In this document: one piece after another, positions 8,644 through 18,366 of the stretch
Numbering within the stretch: position 1 is the stretch's first letter
Layout of the letters: the number at the start of each line of letters is the position of its first letter
Assembly (NCBI GenBank): GCA_964501295.1
Contig: CAZCSF010000004.1
Coordinates: 49,009 to 113,008, forward strand
Direction: 5' to 3'
From: an uncultured Candidatus Bathyarchaeia archaeon
Lineage (GTDB): Archaea; Thermoproteota; Bathyarchaeia; Bathyarchaeales; Bathycorpusculaceae
DNA length: 64,000 bases
Notes under the pieces: model-generated
Databases searched by the model: none
Seen by the model: the letters and a program-made list of their open reading frames with translations, nothing else
What the model was told of the DNA's origin: nothing
Program-made: the position numbers and the translations under genes

Positions 8644-9999
8644 TTATTGGGCGAAGTCGTTAATCAAAGTGGCGATAAACTTTGTTCCTTTAATGAAGCT
8701 TTCAACCTTCAAGTTTTCGTTAGGCGCATGTGTATTAGCCTCTGGATGACCACATCCAGCAGAAACAACCGGATAGCCTAGAAAGTTACGGAACAGGTGC
8801 ATTGGACCGGAACCAGCACTAAGCGGGTAAATTACAGCCCTTTCTCCGTAAACTTTCTCAGCTGTTTTTGCAACCAAACCCACAAAAGGGTCGCTAATGG
8901 AGGTTTTCACAGGTTCTGTGGAGCCATGTCTTATTATCTCTAGATCATCAAATCCACATTTTTTGAGGTGGCGGACAAGCTTTTCGAAAATTTCGTCAGG
9001 CTTCTGATTTGGAACAAGCCTAAAATCCATTTTAACCATCGCTTCATGGGGCAAAACCGTTTTAGAGCCTTTTCCAGTGTATCCCGAAAGTAAGCCGTTG
9101 ATTGTGCATGTAGGCTGGAAAAGCAGCGTCTTTAACGCTTCAAAGCCAGAAACACCCTTCAGAAACTGTTTTAAGCCTAACTCTTCCTTCAGTTCCTCTT
9201 CTTCGAAGGGAATTCTCTTCAAACATTCTACTTCTTCTTTGGATGGAGGCTGAACCTTTTCGTAAAAGCCTTCAATGAGGATTTTTTCATCCTTATACTT
9301 TAAGGTGTTCAGCGCCCAGACAAGACGCCACGCGGGGTTGGGTATTAAAGGCGCGTTGGCAGAGTGGACATCTTTAAGCGCTCCTTTCGCTTTTAACTCC
9401 ACTGATAATACGCCTTTTAAACCCAAGTAGAGTTGTGGTCTTCCACGTCTATCTGTTCCACCGAACTCCCATATGGCTGCATCCGCCGAAAGAAGATGCT
9501 TATGCTTTTTGATTATCGGCTCAAGGTTTGGACTTCCAATTTCCTCTTCGCCGTCGACAAAGAATTTTATGTTGGCGGGCACATTGCCAACGGTTTCAAG
9601 AAAGGCTTGAACAGCCTTAAGCCTAGAAACAAGATTGCCCTTATTGTCCGTAACGCCTCTTCCATAAACTTTTCCATCAACAACTTTGCCGCTGAAAGGC
9701 TCATATTTCCATTTTTCAAGGGGCTCAGGAGGCTGCACATCATAATGATTGTAGAAAAGCAAAGTTCTACTGGAAATTTTAGATTTAACCTCGCCATAAA
9801 CAACTGGATTTCCCTTTTTCCCGCCGAGGATTTTTGTTGAAAGTCCAGTTTCCCGCATCATTTCCTCAACAAGTTTTGCACATTCAGTTATGCCTTCGCC
9901 TTTAGCTGAAACACTGGGCTGTCTAACAAGTTTAACAAGGTCTTCAACGAAGGCTTTTTCATGCGCATCGATGTAGTTGTAAACTTTTTCCAAACTCAT
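8644..9999 (-). CDS. M20 family metallopeptidase (ArgE/DapE/dipeptidase-like)
   Basis: Motifs FYNHYDVQP, GRGVTDNKG, DGEEEIGS. ATG at 9999 is preferred over the ORF-track start at 10038, which would overlap the next gene. Confidence 0.75.
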   Translation of the reverse strand: MSLEKVYNYIDAHEKAFVEDLVKLVRQPSVSAKGEGITECAKLVEEMMRETGLSTKILGGKKGNPVVYGEVKSKISSRTLLFYNHYDVQPPEPLEKWKYEPFSGKVVDGKVYGRGVTDNKGNLVSRLKAVQAFLETVGNVPANIKFFVDGEEEIGSPNLEPIIKKHKHLLSADAAIWEFGGTDRRGRPQLYLGLKGVLSVELKAKGALKDVHSANAPLIPNPAWRLVWALNTLKYKDEKILIEGFYEKVQPPSKEEVECLKRIPFEEEELKEELGLKQFLKGVSGFEALKTLLFQPTCTINGLLSGYTGKGSKTVLPHEAMVKMDFRLVPNQKPDEIFEKLVRHLKKCGFDDLEIIRHGSTEPVKTSISDPFVGLVAKTAEKVYGERAVIYPLSAGSGPMHLFRNFLGYPVVSAGCGHPEANTHAPNENLKVESFIKGTKFIATLINDFAQ

Positions 10000-10009
10000 A
10001 CTTACCGCC

Positions 10010-10411
10010 TTAAACCGTTTTGGGGGCAAGCCAATCAATCAGCTGCCTCGGGTCGTCGCATTTAACCTGCACTTTTATGGGTCCAAGCGGCGATTCTGCA
10101 ACAGCCTTAGAGAAGGACAAGTGTCCCGAAAATGCAACTTGCTTGTTCAGATAAAAGGTTATGGTGTTTCCGCTTAATCCTTCAAAGAGGGCTCCTCTGG
10201 CGGCGTCGCGGATGCGTTCCCTCCGCAGCAAATTGTAAAGCTTTGTTAGTGCTTCAAGTCCTTTTGCCTCTGCTGTTAGTAGGCTTCCCTTTGCCAGAGG
10301 CTTTATTTGCACTTGTATGTTGCCGAACACGTTTTCCACAGCCCTTTTCACTTTTTCTTCAGATTCCGTAGGGTTTATTTCAGCTTCAATGTGGACTTCT
10401 ACTTCATCCAT
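10010..10411 (-). CDS. UPF0201/COG1931-like small archaeal protein (putative RNA-binding)
   Basis: 133 aa. N-terminus EVEVHIEAEINPTESEEKVKRAVENVF resembles the UPF0201 family. Overlaps the upstream P-loop gene, a pairing I recall as common in archaea. Confidence 0.5.
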   Translation of the reverse strand: MDEVEVHIEAEINPTESEEKVKRAVENVFGNIQVQIKPLAKGSLLTAEAKGLEALTKLYNLLRRERIRDAARGALFEGLSGNTITFYLNKQVAFSGHLSFSKAVAESPLGPIKVQVKCDDPRQLIDWLAPKTV

Positions 10412-10965
10412 TTCTCCTCAATCCTCTTTAAAATTTCTGCAGCCTTTCCTTTAGCAACGCTTAAACCTTCCTCATTCACTATCATGTACTCAGCCAAGGC
10501 TATAGCGTTTCCTAATCCAACGCTTAGTTCCCGCATGTCCCTCTCTCGGAAAATCTCCCAGTTTTTAGGGTCGTCGCTTCTCCGTCTATGAAAAAGCCGT
10601 TTAAACCTTGTTTCTGGCGAAGAGTGCACAGCGACAAGTGTGAATTTTGAAAAAACCCTTTTGAACTCTTCAGCTTCGGCTAGGCTTCTTAAACCGTCAA
10701 CAATGACCTTGTTTTCGGTCCTTCCCTTTATTTTTGGGATACATCGCTGTGCTATTACAGCCTCACCCTCTAGGCGTCGCAGTTCAAGCATGATACGTCC
10801 AAGGTTTTCGGGAGTTAACTCTAAACCTCGCCGTCGGGCTTCTTCTCGGATTTCGTCGCCCATGACAACAACCCCGTAGCCCATAGCCTTTGCAACGTTA
10901 ACCACCACGGATTTTCCAGCTCCAGGCATTCCAGCTAAGCCCACAACTAATTTTTCACTTGCCAT
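10399..10965 (-). CDS. P-loop nucleotide kinase-like protein (UPF0200 / dephospho-CoA kinase-related)
   Basis: Walker A GLAGMPGAGKS near the N-terminus. About 188 aa from the ATG at 10965. Confidence 0.6.
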   Translation of the reverse strand: MASEKLVVGLAGMPGAGKSVVVNVAKAMGYGVVVMGDEIREEARRRGLELTPENLGRIMLELRRLEGEAVIAQRCIPKIKGRTENKVIVDGLRSLAEAEEFKRVFSKFTLVAVHSSPETRFKRLFHRRRSDDPKNWEIFRERDMRELSVGLGNAIALAEYMIVNEEGLSVAKGKAAEILKRIEEKWMK

Positions 10966-11048
10966 CCAAAGCCCTTCTAATAGCAATGTTCTTTAATGTT
11001 AAAAGCATTTATGAAAGGTTTAGGCTAAAATATGCGAAGGAATGCTTA

Positions 11049-11618
11049 ATGCCAGAAATGATAAGAAGCTTCATAGCCTTTGACATTGAAAGCGCCCATG
11101 TTTTGGAAAGGATAACACAAATGCAGAAAGTTTTGGCTGAAACTGGCGCTGATTTGAAGCTTGTTGAACCACAGAACATTCACATAACACTGCGTTTTTT
11201 GGGGAACATAACGCCAAACATGGTTGACAAAATCTATGGGCAGATGCAAAAAATCCAGTTCACGCCTTTCGACGTTAAACTTCAAGGGGTGGGAGCCTTT
11301 CCAAACCTGCGTTATCCGAGGGTTGTTTGGGCTGGGATAAGGGAAGGCGCCAACCAGTTGCGAGGCATCTTTGACCAGCTAGAGCCCCAATTGCGCGGTT
11401 TGGGTTTTGCTCCAGACTCTAAGGGCTTCAGTCCGCACCTAACTATTGCTCGAGTAAAGTCTGGAAGAAACAAGGCTGAACTTGCAAAATGCCTTCAGGA
11501 AAACATAAACTTTGAGTTTGGAGTTGTGAGGGTTAACTGTTTAAGGCTTAAGAGAAGCGACCTAACACCAAAAGGACCCATATATTCTACACTTAGGGAG
11601 TACTGTCCACAAAAATAA
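11049..11618 (+). CDS. thpR: RNA 2',3'-cyclic phosphodiesterase (2H family, ThpR/LigT)
   Basis: Two HxT/S motifs (HITLRFLG and HLTIARV). The ATG at 11049 avoids overlap with the divergent gene. Confidence 0.8.
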   Translation: MPEMIRSFIAFDIESAHVLERITQMQKVLAETGADLKLVEPQNIHITLRFLGNITPNMVDKIYGQMQKIQFTPFDVKLQGVGAFPNLRYPRVVWAGIREGANQLRGIFDQLEPQLRGLGFAPDSKGFSPHLTIARVKSGRNKAELAKCLQENINFEFGVVRVNCLRLKRSDLTPKGPIYSTLREYCPQK

Positions 11619-11639
11619 GAGTGAAAAAGGGCTAGGTTT

Positions 11640-13055
11640 ATGCTGAAGGAACTGGAAGAAGTTTGCAACGCTGTTCTGGATGGGGTTAGTCCAAAAAATG
11701 AAGAGAGGGCGAAAATAGAGGCTTTAGCAAAAGAGCTGGAGGGAAAAGTGGCTTCTGTCATGGCGGAATTCGGCGTTGAAGCAAAAGTGCGATTGGAAGG
11801 CTCTGTAGCCAAAGACACTTGGCTCAGCGAGGAACCAGACATAGACATTTTCATGCGTTTGCCGACAAGCATGCCTCGAAAATCCCTTGGGGAAATCGCC
11901 CTAAAAATAGCCAGAAAAGCTACAGAAGGCGCAAGGCAAGTTGCAAGGTTTGCAGAACACCCTTATTTGGAGGCGTTTGTTGACGATGTTCGAGTTAACA
12001 TAGTGCCATGTTATGACGCCAAGCCTGGAGAGTGGTTAAGCGCCACAGACCGCACGCCATACCACACGGACTATGCTAATAAGCGGTTAAACAGGCAAAT
12101 GCGAAGCGAAGTCCGTCTAATAAAGAAGTTTATGAAGGGAATAGGGGTTTACGGTGCAGAAATCAAGGTTGGAGGCTTCAGCGGATATCTTTGCGAGCTT
12201 TTGGTTATACATTACGGGTCTTTCGTAAACGTGTTAAAGGCGTTTGCACAGCATAAACAGCGAATCGTCATAGACATAGAAAACCATTATATGGATAGGG
12301 AAGACGAGTTGGCGTTACTATTTAATGAACCCCTAGTCATAATCGACCCAGTTGACAAGGGAAGAAACGTGGCTTCAGCAGTGCAACCCCAAAAACTTTA
12401 CACTTTTGTAGCGGCAGCCCGCGCCTTCTTAGAAAAGCCAAGTCTAAAATTCTTTTATCCGCAGGAAACAAAGGCTTTAGCATTGAAAAAGTTAAGGGAA
12501 ACGTTGAAAACCCGCGGCTCAGCACTGATTTTTGTCGTCTTTGGGAAAGTAGAAGCAGTTCCAGACATCTTATGGGGGCAGCTTTACAAGTCTCAACGTT
12601 CGTTGGCAAAGCTTCTGCAATTAAACGATTTCAACGTGTTGCGTTGCACCTCATGGAGCAACGAGGAAAACCTAAACGCCTTCATATTTGAGGTTGAAAG
12701 CCGCCTCCTTCCGCCAGTGAAAAAACATCTTGGACCACCATTAGAAAAGGCAGAGGAATGCAAAAACTTTCTAGACAAACACACGGGCAGCCTCGAAACG
12801 GTTTCAGGACCCTACATTGAAGATGGAAGATGGGTTGTGGAAATTCGAAGAAAACATACAGATGCGGTGGCACTGCTCGGCGAAAGGCTTAAGGATGGGG
12901 GAAGAAACGCTGGCGTAGCCAAAGAAATCGCACAAGTGTTAAACAGCGGATTCAAAATCCTTGTGAACGAGGAAATAGCTGAAACCTACCAGAAGGACGG
13001 CGAATTCGCAAAGTTTTTAACGGAATTTCTCTCAGGCAAGCCTAAATGGCTATAA
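11640..13055 (+). CDS. cca: CCA-adding tRNA nucleotidyltransferase, archaeal class I
   Basis: 471 aa. GSVAKDTWLSEEPDIDIF nucleotidyltransferase motif, and RTPYHTDY / GGFSGYLCELL blocks typical of the archaeal CCA enzyme. Confidence 0.85.
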   Translation: MLKELEEVCNAVLDGVSPKNEERAKIEALAKELEGKVASVMAEFGVEAKVRLEGSVAKDTWLSEEPDIDIFMRLPTSMPRKSLGEIALKIARKATEGARQVARFAEHPYLEAFVDDVRVNIVPCYDAKPGEWLSATDRTPYHTDYANKRLNRQMRSEVRLIKKFMKGIGVYGAEIKVGGFSGYLCELLVIHYGSFVNVLKAFAQHKQRIVIDIENHYMDREDELALLFNEPLVIIDPVDKGRNVASAVQPQKLYTFVAAARAFLEKPSLKFFYPQETKALALKKLRETLKTRGSALIFVVFGKVEAVPDILWGQLYKSQRSLAKLLQLNDFNVLRCTSWSNEENLNAFIFEVESRLLPPVKKHLGPPLEKAEECKNFLDKHTGSLETVSGPYIEDGRWVVEIRRKHTDAVALLGERLKDGGRNAGVAKEIAQVLNSGFKILVNEEIAETYQKDGEFAKFLTEFLSGKPKWL

Positions 13056-13847
13056 AACGCCCAAGAAAAGAGCCGCTATTAGAGATATTCCGAGCATCCA
13101 ACAGTAAAACGCAAAAAGATGAAATTTTCCCTTCACAAGCACTTTCCAAAGAAGCTTCAAAGCCAAATAACCCACAATCAGCGCTGCAACCATTCCAACA
13201 GCAACCTCAACAAAACCGAAACCTGAAAAAGCCAGTCTATCAAACTCTGTGTAAAGGGTTAAGGCTAAAGCTCCAATTACAGCTGGAACCGATAGGAGAA
13301 AGGAAAACTTGAAAGCTTTCTCCTTCCGAATTCCAAGCAAAAGCGCTGTAGCAATGGTTAACCCGCTTCTAGAAAGCCCAGGTATTACGGCTATGCCTTG
13401 AGCCACACCCACAAGGAAAGCCTCAAAAAAGCCTATTTCGCCTTTTTCCTCTCTCCCAGCTTTTGCAGAGAAAAGCACCGTCCCACAGGCAATAAAAGCC
13501 ACTGCTATAGTTAAGACCTCTTGTAAGATTTCTTCAAAAAAGGTGTGGATAACCAGTCCAATAAACGCTGTAGGAACCGTTCCAACGATGATGAGCGGTA
13601 TAAGCCTTCCATAATCCGTTTTAAAGTCTAAACGCATGAAGGCTAAAAGAACTCCTTTAACATCGCTTTTGAAGAAGGCTAGGATGATCATTAAAGTTCC
13701 AACATGCAATATGACATCGAAAACCAAGGGAACATTTAATCCCAAAAACCTTTCAGCAAGTTCCAGATGTCCACTGCTTGATATGGGAAGCCACTCGGTT
13801 AAGCCTTGAATAACGCCAAGAATCACTGTTTTTATTAACTCTTCCAA
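13050..13847 (-). CDS. uppP: undecaprenyl-diphosphate phosphatase
   Basis: 265 aa polytopic protein with signature LPISSSGHL and PGLSRSG motifs. Confidence 0.85.
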   Translation of the reverse strand: MEELIKTVILGVIQGLTEWLPISSSGHLELAERFLGLNVPLVFDVILHVGTLMIILAFFKSDVKGVLLAFMRLDFKTDYGRLIPLIIVGTVPTAFIGLVIHTFFEEILQEVLTIAVAFIACGTVLFSAKAGREEKGEIGFFEAFLVGVAQGIAVIPGLSRSGLTIATALLLGIRKEKAFKFSFLLSVPAVIGALALTLYTEFDRLAFSGFGFVEVAVGMVAALIVGYLALKLLWKVLVKGKFHLFAFYCWMLGISLIAALFLGVL

Positions 13848-13944
13848 ACCGGTTCGCCGCTTCCCTTTTCACATGCTTATAGCCCTAACAAAATGAAAGT
13901 TGATTCTGCATCGTCTAATATTAAACCTTGCGGCTTTCCATTGC

Positions 13945-14544
13945 CTAAGGAAAAGGCTCAAAAACTTCTATTTCAACATCGTCTATGTGATAGGTTAAGT
14001 AGGTTTCCCAACGCACCGAAATTCCAACGGCAACCCAAAATTCTCCACTGGAATCTGCGTCAATAATCGCTGTGTAGGCATAGTTTTTCCATCCCGCAAC
14101 CTCGTCGGCAGACCCTAGAACATAAAAGTTCTCTTCAACTTCAGGGTTTTCAGCGCCGACATAAGCGCATACAACGGCTCTGGTGTTTAAACTCTCTTGC
14201 TCGTTGTAAAGCCAAAAGGAAACCTTGACCTGCGAACGTTTCTTTAACTCTATTCTCCTTTCTATCCAAACGGTTCCATCATCTTGTCGCCCATCAATGA
14301 ATAACTCAAGAGAATATTGACCGGAATGCGAAACGTTTGTCACGTGGTTGATGTGCCATTCCACAGGCTGCCCCGGATTATTTGGGTCTTCAGGAACATC
14401 CGCGTCTGCATGCCACTCTCCAAAACCGTTTTCAAAGCTCTCCGAGTATGTCTGAAAACGTGAATAGAAAATCAAAGCGCCCACAACGCTTAGAATTATG
14501 GCAACTGCTGCTAATGCTGCAAAAACAACATATGCTTTTTTCAA
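13945..14544 (-). CDS. N-terminally membrane-anchored extracytoplasmic hypothetical protein
   Basis: 199 aa with a single N-terminal TM (VVFAALAAVAIILSVVGALIF) and an acidic Trp-rich ectodomain. Confidence 0.45.
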   Translation of the reverse strand: MKKAYVVFAALAAVAIILSVVGALIFYSRFQTYSESFENGFGEWHADADVPEDPNNPGQPVEWHINHVTNVSHSGQYSLELFIDGRQDDGTVWIERRIELKKRSQVKVSFWLYNEQESLNTRAVVCAYVGAENPEVEENFYVLGSADEVAGWKNYAYTAIIDADSSGEFWVAVGISVRWETYLTYHIDDVEIEVFEPFP

Positions 14545-14697
14545 GATTCCATCCCCTTACAGTTTAAATGCAACAAAGAAAGCGCAACATATAATGCTAC
14601 ACTTTAGAACAATACTTGTCTCTGCTGCTTTTTCATGCGCAATTAAGCCAAAGATTATTTAGATTAAACGGTGCACATACTGCGTGGTGAAAATATC

Positions 14698-15243
14698 ATG
14701 GCTGAATACCCCCTTGGAAGCATCGAAGACCGCGGGATGTTGGCTAAAATGCCCATGGACAAACTTCTCGACCATTTCTTCCTTCAAATTAGAAATCTTT
14801 GGCGGGTTGACGGATTATACTTCCTTGAAATAGAGAAAAAGTTTGGAACAGAGGCGGCAACCCAAATAGATGCAAAAGTTTGGGAAGCCATGGCGGCAAT
14901 AGAAGCCAAAGGCCTACAGAAAATGTTTGACACTGGCGAAAACCCGAATATCCCAACGATTATGGGGCTTTCACGCTTGACAAGTTGGGCTTTAGACCAA
15001 CCCTTCAAAACAGTGGAAATTTCAGCAGACAAAGCCGTTCTAAGCATAAACCGTTGCAGAACACAGGAGGCTAGGCTGAAAAAGGGTTTAGACGAGTTTC
15101 CATGCAAAAGGGTTAGATGGGGCTACCTCAGAAATTTTGCGGAAACCCTAAACCAAAGGGTTAAAGTAAACTGTCTTGTCTGCCCGCCAGACTCCCATCC
15201 AAAAGATTTATGGTGCCAATGGGAGTTTAAACTGCACAGTTAA
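14698..15243 (+). CDS. conserved hypothetical cytosolic protein (Cys-rich C-terminus)
   Basis: 181 aa from the ATG at 14698. No motif I can name with confidence. Coding-like composition in an otherwise unassigned region. Confidence 0.4.
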   Translation: MAEYPLGSIEDRGMLAKMPMDKLLDHFFLQIRNLWRVDGLYFLEIEKKFGTEAATQIDAKVWEAMAAIEAKGLQKMFDTGENPNIPTIMGLSRLTSWALDQPFKTVEISADKAVLSINRCRTQEARLKKGLDEFPCKRVRWGYLRNFAETLNQRVKVNCLVCPPDSHPKDLWCQWEFKLHS

Positions 15244-15245
15244 GG

Positions 15246-15728
15246 CTACGCTTTGCCCAGCAGTTTTTCTCCCAAGTTCTCCGCCCAAGCCTCAACCTTG
15301 CCAAAATCCCGTGCATCAGCCACCGTGAAGCCCAAAACTTTCATTCTTCCTCCAAAGGCTTCTGTTGCAATAGGCTTCACGTGGGGATATTTTTCCAACA
15401 ACTTTTTAATGTACTTTGCCACGGCATTGTCATAACTCTTCGGATTTCCAGCTTCCAAGGATAAAATGAAAAGTGCAACGTTTTTTCCTTCAAAATCGTT
15501 CTTTTCCAGAAACCTTACCGCTTCTTTGTAAACTCGCTGGACTCTAACGCCGCTTCCAACAATAACATTCTTGTATGGGGAAATGTCTGGATGTTGATTC
15601 TTCCTTAAGTTAACAATGTCAACTTCAAATCCATATTTTTGCCGTAAAACTTCTGCAATTTTGAGGGCAACCTCTTCAGTTGCACCTCCTTTAGTGGCGT
15701 AGGCTATCAAAGTCTTGTTTTCGCTCAT
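15246..15728 (-). CDS. flavodoxin-domain protein
   Basis: N-terminus TLIAYATKGGATEEVALKIAE (FMN phosphate-binding loop style) and about 160 aa. The ATG at 15728 is preferred. Confidence 0.65.
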   Translation of the reverse strand: MSENKTLIAYATKGGATEEVALKIAEVLRQKYGFEVDIVNLRKNQHPDISPYKNVIVGSGVRVQRVYKEAVRFLEKNDFEGKNVALFILSLEAGNPKSYDNAVAKYIKKLLEKYPHVKPIATEAFGGRMKVLGFTVADARDFGKVEAWAENLGEKLLGKA

Positions 15729-15831
15729 AAACAATCCCACATTAGAGAAGCGCACTTCTTTCTATTTAACTATTACATTGGATGGTAAAAATGTGGAAAA
15801 TATAGGTTAAATGAAAGGGTTAAACGTAAAA

Positions 15832-15972
15832 CTAATACCTTCTTCTCTGATTTCTTCTCTTCATCCAGCACTCTCGGCAGTAAACTGGTCTGCTTGGGTC
15901 TGGAACGAAGGGAACTTCGCATTCCGCGCCACAATCAGAACAAACTGCCTTGTGCATCTCTCTACTTGACAT
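15832..15972 (-). CDS. small CxxC...CxxC zinc-ribbon protein (46 aa), absent from the ORF track
   Basis: My translation of the minus strand: MSSREMHKAVCSDCGAECEVPFVPDPSRPVYCRECWMKRRNQRRRY, followed by stop. Two CxxC pairs 17 residues apart plus a basic tail, as in the widespread CxxC-x17-CxxC small proteins. Confidence 0.55.
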   Translation of the reverse strand: MSSREMHKAVCSDCGAECEVPFVPDPSRPVYCRECWMKRRNQRRRY

Positions 15973-16117
15973 TTCGCCTATTCAACTCCTTTTACTTATA
16001 CTATGCAAAAACCGCTTATGAAAAGCAGCCTTGCACGACCATCATATACCCTTTAAAGCTCCATATAAGAGTTTCCTCCTAAACCGCATAAACCATACGA
16101 AAGAAGACTGAATCGCT

Positions 16118-17215
16118 TTAATCTGCTAATTCTAGAGTTTTTTGTTTTTGCGCTGATATGAGGTTTGAGATTCTTACGCCTATGAGTCTTATTTTTCTTT
16201 CTGGTTTCAGATAGTCTTGTAGGAGTTCTTTTGCTGTTTTTTGGATGTCTTGTAGCCGGTTTGTTATGAAGGGTAATGTTTTGCTGTGGGTGTGGGTTTC
16301 AAAGTTTTCGTAGCGAACCCGCACCGTGACTGTTTTGAAGGATAGTTGCTGTCTGATGAGGTCGTTGTGGACTTCTTCTGCAAGCCTATTCAGCGTGTTT
16401 AGGACTAGGTTAAAGTCGGAGGTGTCTTCTTCGAAGGTTGTGTCGCGGCTTATAGATTTTATTTCACTTCGCTCCTCCACTTCGCTTTTGTCTATTCCAT
16501 GCGCCATAAGATAGAGTTGGGTGCCCATGACGCCGAAAGCCTCAGCGAGCACTGTTGGGTCGTAGCGGGCTAAATCCCCAATAGTTTTTATCCCCATAGC
16601 CCGCAGTTTTTGCTCCGTCTTGCGACCAACCCAGAGGAGTTTCCGCACTGGCAAGGGTGCAAGAAACTGTTCCACATTTTCTTCTTTGACAACGGTTAAG
16701 CCGTCTGGTTTTTGATGGTCGCTTGCTATTTTGGCTACAAGCTTGTTGGGACCTATGCCTATGGAACATGTAAGCCCCTCTTTTTCTAGGATTTCCCGCT
16801 TTATTTGGCGGGCTAGGTTTTCAGCTTCAGCATAATCCTTCACTTTTAAGGAAACATCCAAAAAGGCTTCATCTATGCCCCAACTTTCAAATTTGTCTGC
16901 ATATTTCCTCAAAATAGTCATTATTTTTTCTGAAACTTTAACGTAAAGTTCATAGTTTACTGGCAAATAAACCGCCTGCGGACAGAGTTTCCAAGCCCTT
17001 GAGATGGGCATGCCGGATCTTACGCCATATTTGCGGGCTTCATAGTTGCATGTACTCACTACACCTCTGCCCCTTCCCCCTTTCGGGTCTGCTCCAACGA
17101 TGACTGGTTTCCCCTTATATTCTGGGCGTTCTCTCTCCTCCACGGCTGTGAAGAAGTGGTCCATGTCCACGTGGAGGATTATGCGTTTTCTCTCGCTTAC
17201 AAATTTGCTTTCCAT
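16118..17215 (-). CDS. dbh: Y-family DNA polymerase IV (Dpo4/Dbh type)
   Basis: 365 aa. ILHVDMDHFFTAVEE, GIDEAFLDV, SIGIGPNKLVAKIAS. Confidence 0.9.
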   Translation of the reverse strand: MESKFVSERKRIILHVDMDHFFTAVEERERPEYKGKPVIVGADPKGGRGRGVVSTCNYEARKYGVRSGMPISRAWKLCPQAVYLPVNYELYVKVSEKIMTILRKYADKFESWGIDEAFLDVSLKVKDYAEAENLARQIKREILEKEGLTCSIGIGPNKLVAKIASDHQKPDGLTVVKEENVEQFLAPLPVRKLLWVGRKTEQKLRAMGIKTIGDLARYDPTVLAEAFGVMGTQLYLMAHGIDKSEVEERSEIKSISRDTTFEEDTSDFNLVLNTLNRLAEEVHNDLIRQQLSFKTVTVRVRYENFETHTHSKTLPFITNRLQDIQKTAKELLQDYLKPERKIRLIGVRISNLISAQKQKTLELAD

Positions 17216-17409
17216 AAGCTTCTAAAAGTTAAACTGTTTTAACGACATTTGAATCTATCGCATTACGTTACATTTTGCATTTGCATTTTGAGCCTTTCAG
17301 CGGATATATGCGGAAAAAGGCACATGTTTAACTATGCTAAAGATTTTTCATTCATAACCCTTAATGCCAGCCATATGAAAATAAAGGGGCGAAAAAGGGA
17401 TGCGCTGAA

Positions 17410-17637
17410 ATGAAGGTTTTGATGGAAAAGGACGCCATGGAAATAGCTGTTGAATTTCTCAAGAAACGGAAGAACACTGAAAGGATAGAAGTTTCCACAG
17501 TTGAGCAGAGGGACGGATGCTGGGTTGTCAGGGGCACATGTCCCATAGACCTTGAAGGACATCCTTGGGCGGAAAAATTTGAAGTTGTCATAGATGGGAA
17601 AGGAAAGATAAAATCCACAGACTTTTCACTTCTATAA
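17410..17637 (+). CDS. small hypothetical protein
   Basis: 75-aa ORF with balanced composition. No recognisable motif. Confidence 0.35.
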   Translation: MKVLMEKDAMEIAVEFLKKRKNTERIEVSTVEQRDGCWVVRGTCPIDLEGHPWAEKFEVVIDGKGKIKSTDFSLL

Positions 17638-17708
17638 CCGCATTTATTTTTAAACTAAGTTTGCGATAAATTCAAAACATATTTAAGGACACGGCAGAAT
17701 AGAAAATC

Positions 17709-18188
17709 GTGGAGAAAACCCAATTGTTCGCCAAGATTCTTGTTCCCCTAGACGGTTCTGAACATTCCATAAGAGCTTTGGACATTGCCATACAAATAGC
17801 AAAAAAGTTCGCTGCAAAACTCACCTTAATCCACGTTTACTCCGTCGGCGTAAGACCCGTGGTGGCGCCGGAACCCGCAACCTTCACCCCTGGAATTCCA
17901 ATAATGGCTCCAGTTGAATATTCGAGGGTGGCTGAAGCCATGAAGGAGACGGGCACCAGAATTTTAGCTGAAGGCAGAGAAAGAGCCGAGGCTGAAGGCG
18001 TTAAAGTGGAAACCTTGCTTAAAGAGGGCCACATTGCCCATGAAATAGTTAAGGCAGCTGAAGAAGGCGATTTCGACTTAATTGTTATGGGAGCCAGAGG
18101 CATAAGCCGAATAAAAGAGATAATTCTCGGAAGTGTAAGCGAAGGAGTCATAAGAAACGCTCCATGCCCGGTTCTTGTGACAAAATAA
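17709..18188 (+). CDS. universal stress protein (UspA family)
   Basis: 159 aa. ILVPLDGSEHS, and C-terminal VMGARGISRIKEIILGSVSEGVIRNAPCPVLV. Confidence 0.85.
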   Translation: MEKTQLFAKILVPLDGSEHSIRALDIAIQIAKKFAAKLTLIHVYSVGVRPVVAPEPATFTPGIPIMAPVEYSRVAEAMKETGTRILAEGRERAEAEGVKVETLLKEGHIAHEIVKAAEEGDFDLIVMGARGISRIKEIILGSVSEGVIRNAPCPVLVTK

Positions 18189-18366
18189 CTGCGCATTCAT
18201 GTCATTCTAAGCCAAGAATAAAATGTGAAAGGGCATCTTCTTTTCGCAAAAAGTTTATTTTGACGTCTTAAACTGGATTTTTTACCAGTTTGGAGGCAAG
18301 CCGACCCCGAAATGAGCATGCTAGAAACAGACAGTGTATTCGCGGTTTCAATGGGAGGAAAATCCC

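Noticed and set aside
10959-11048. N-terminal extension of thpR as given in the ORF track (start at 10959)
   Set aside because: It would overlap the divergent P-loop gene's 5' end. The ATG at 11049 gives a protein starting just before the first conserved 2H block.
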